Of a DNA stretch of 50,991 nucleotides, positions 49,846 through 50,991 are shown piece by piece. The DNA comes from an uncultured Woeseiaceae bacterium (GTDB lineage: Bacteria > Pseudomonadota > Gammaproteobacteria > Steroidobacterales > Woeseiaceae), in contig CALDZH010000142.1 in assembly GCA_937944275.1 (NCBI GenBank), forward strand, positions 1 through 50,991. The letters are read 5' to 3'. A model generated the notes under the pieces. The model was not told the DNA's origin and made no database searches. It worked only from the letters and a program-made list of their open reading frames with translations. A program made the translations under genes and the position numbers. Every line of letters begins with the position of its first letter. The first letter of the stretch is position 1.

Positions 49846-50991
49846 CTATCGTACACCAGAGCGGCGTAACGCTGCAGGTGTGTAGTCGCGTTCTTGCACC
49901 TTGTAATCCCAATTATACTGATATCCTCTCAATTCGTTGCCCAATCCGATTGGCAAGTGTCTTCCGGAAATCAGGTCATGCGAAGTTTCTAGCGCGTACC
50001 ACGGCACGCGGACCTGGTAATGGATGTTGTTATGCGATTCTTTGACGCGCCATAACTCACCACGTCCGTCGTAGAGATCCGCAATGCTAATTTGCCAGGT
50101 GTCCTCATCGACGTAGAAGGTCCGTTTCGCGTAGATATGGCGGGCGCCTTCCTTGAGTGTAGCCTCGACAACCCATACGCGATGAAGTTCGTAGCGCAGG
50201 TAGTTCGGATTCAGGTGGCCGGCCAGTACAACGTCCTTGTATTTGAGGTCCTTGCTGCTAAGCCGGAACGAGTTGTACGGAATATAAAGCTCTTTCTTGC
50301 CGAGCAGCTTCCATTCATAGCGATCGGGCGCGCCGTTGTACAAATCGAGATCGTCAGCGGTGCGCAGTCCGTCTGACGCATTACCTGGTCCATCGTAAGC
50401 AACATCGGGTGCACGGCGAACACGGCGTTGCCCGGCGTTATATACCCACGCTGCGCGGGGTTCCGTGACCTGGTTGATATTCTCATGTACCAGCAAAACA
50501 TCACCCTCGAGGCGAGCCGGCGCCTTGATCGATTGCTTGTAATAGAACAGACGATTGGGTGGCGATGTACCGAGATACTGCGCGAAGGTCAGCTGATCCT
50601 CAAAGACGACCGGGCTGAACGAGCCGTTGGCCTGCACGGGGATCTGCGTATAACTGCGTTTGACGCTGCCCCCGCGATAGCGAAGCACGTGGTTCCAAAT
50701 GACCTCGACACCGGATTTCGGAAACGGGAACGGGACGTAGGAGTCAACGTTGATGAGGCCATTGCCGTCCGGCGTGGTTTTGGCTGTTAGTGCGTCTTCC
50801 TTGACAGCGGCATACATCGTCTCCGGGTAAGCCGCAGTTCTGTGCGACGTATAGACGGGCATGCGAAACGTATCCGGGTAGCGTTGCAGCAGTGCAATCT
50901 GTCCCGTCGAGAGATTCTCTTTGTATTGCTCAAAGTTCTGCGCCGTAATCGTGAACAGTGGCTGCTCATCCGGGAACGGATCAACGAGCGG
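49846..50991 (-). CDS. DUF1329 domain protein (LolA-like outer-membrane lipoprotein-sorting-type); N-terminus beyond the window
   Basis: Hallmarks YPDTFRMPVY, AWVYNAGQRRVRRAP, DRYEWKLLGKKELYIPYN and ELHRVWVVEATLK. The frame stays open upstream of Met 50862 to the window end. Confidence 0.85.
   Translation of the reverse strand, partial: PLVDPFPDEQPLFTITAQNFEQYKENLSTGQIALLQRYPDTFRMPVYTSHRTAAYPETMYAAVKEDALTAKTTPDGNGLINVDSYVPFPFPKSGVEVIWNHVLRYRGGSVKRSYTQIPVQANGSFSPVVFEDQLTFAQYLGTSPPNRLFYYKQSIKAPARLEGDVLLVHENINQVTEPRAAWVYNAGQRRVRRAPDVAYDGPGNASDGLRTADDLDLYNGAPDRYEWKLLGKKELYIPYNSFRLSSKDLKYKDVVLAGHLNPNYLRYELHRVWVVEATLKEGARHIYAKRTFYVDEDTWQISIADLYDGRGELWRVKESHNNIHYQVRVPWYALETSHDLISGRHLPIGLGNELRGYQYNWDYKVQERDYTPAALRRSGVR

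Noticed and set aside
1-50991. A search for CRISPR arrays, transposases or integrases, prophage genes, toxin-antitoxin or defence islands, and long direct or inverted repeats.
   Set aside because: I found none. The only TA-like pair (sdhE/ygfX) is better explained as SDH-assembly genes, and the three GC hairpins seen are unrelated in sequence.

Overview
By eye this is a gene-dense, moderately GC-rich chromosomal core region of a Gammaproteobacterium. About 55 CDS fill nearly all of it. The blocks are: (1) a TraF-like outer-membrane protein and an Smr protein; (2) surE-pcm-yqaA-nlpD-rpoS; (3) an Mth938-like gene, an RpfE-type gene, recJ, prfB (with its +1 frameshift) and lysS; (4) ygfZ divergent from an SDHAF4-like ORF-sdhCDAB-sdhE-ygfX; (5) rpoE-rseABC, a glutaredoxin-like ORF, lepA-lepB, DUF4845, rnc-era-recO-pdxJ-acpS; (6) a PolB-exo-like exonuclease, rlmD, nagZ, an MTAP-family phosphorylase and a PAS/degenerate-GGDEF protein; (7) csiV-mfd; (8) the lol lipoprotein-release genes, DUF2062, comEC, exbBD-type genes and msbA-lpxK-kdsB; (9) a minus-strand RND exporter / BNR-propeller / DUF1329 envelope cluster running off the right edge. 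I found no rRNA, tRNA, CRISPR array, transposase, integrase, phage gene or recognisable defence island. I do not see a convincing, wholly new multi-gene system. The two best candidates for under-described biology are the succinate dehydrogenase (SDH) maturation neighbourhood, which has an SDHAF4/DUF1674-like ORF heading the sdh operon, and the partly visible RND/BNR/DUF1329 cluster. All family calls come from motifs and synteny read by eye; no searches were run.
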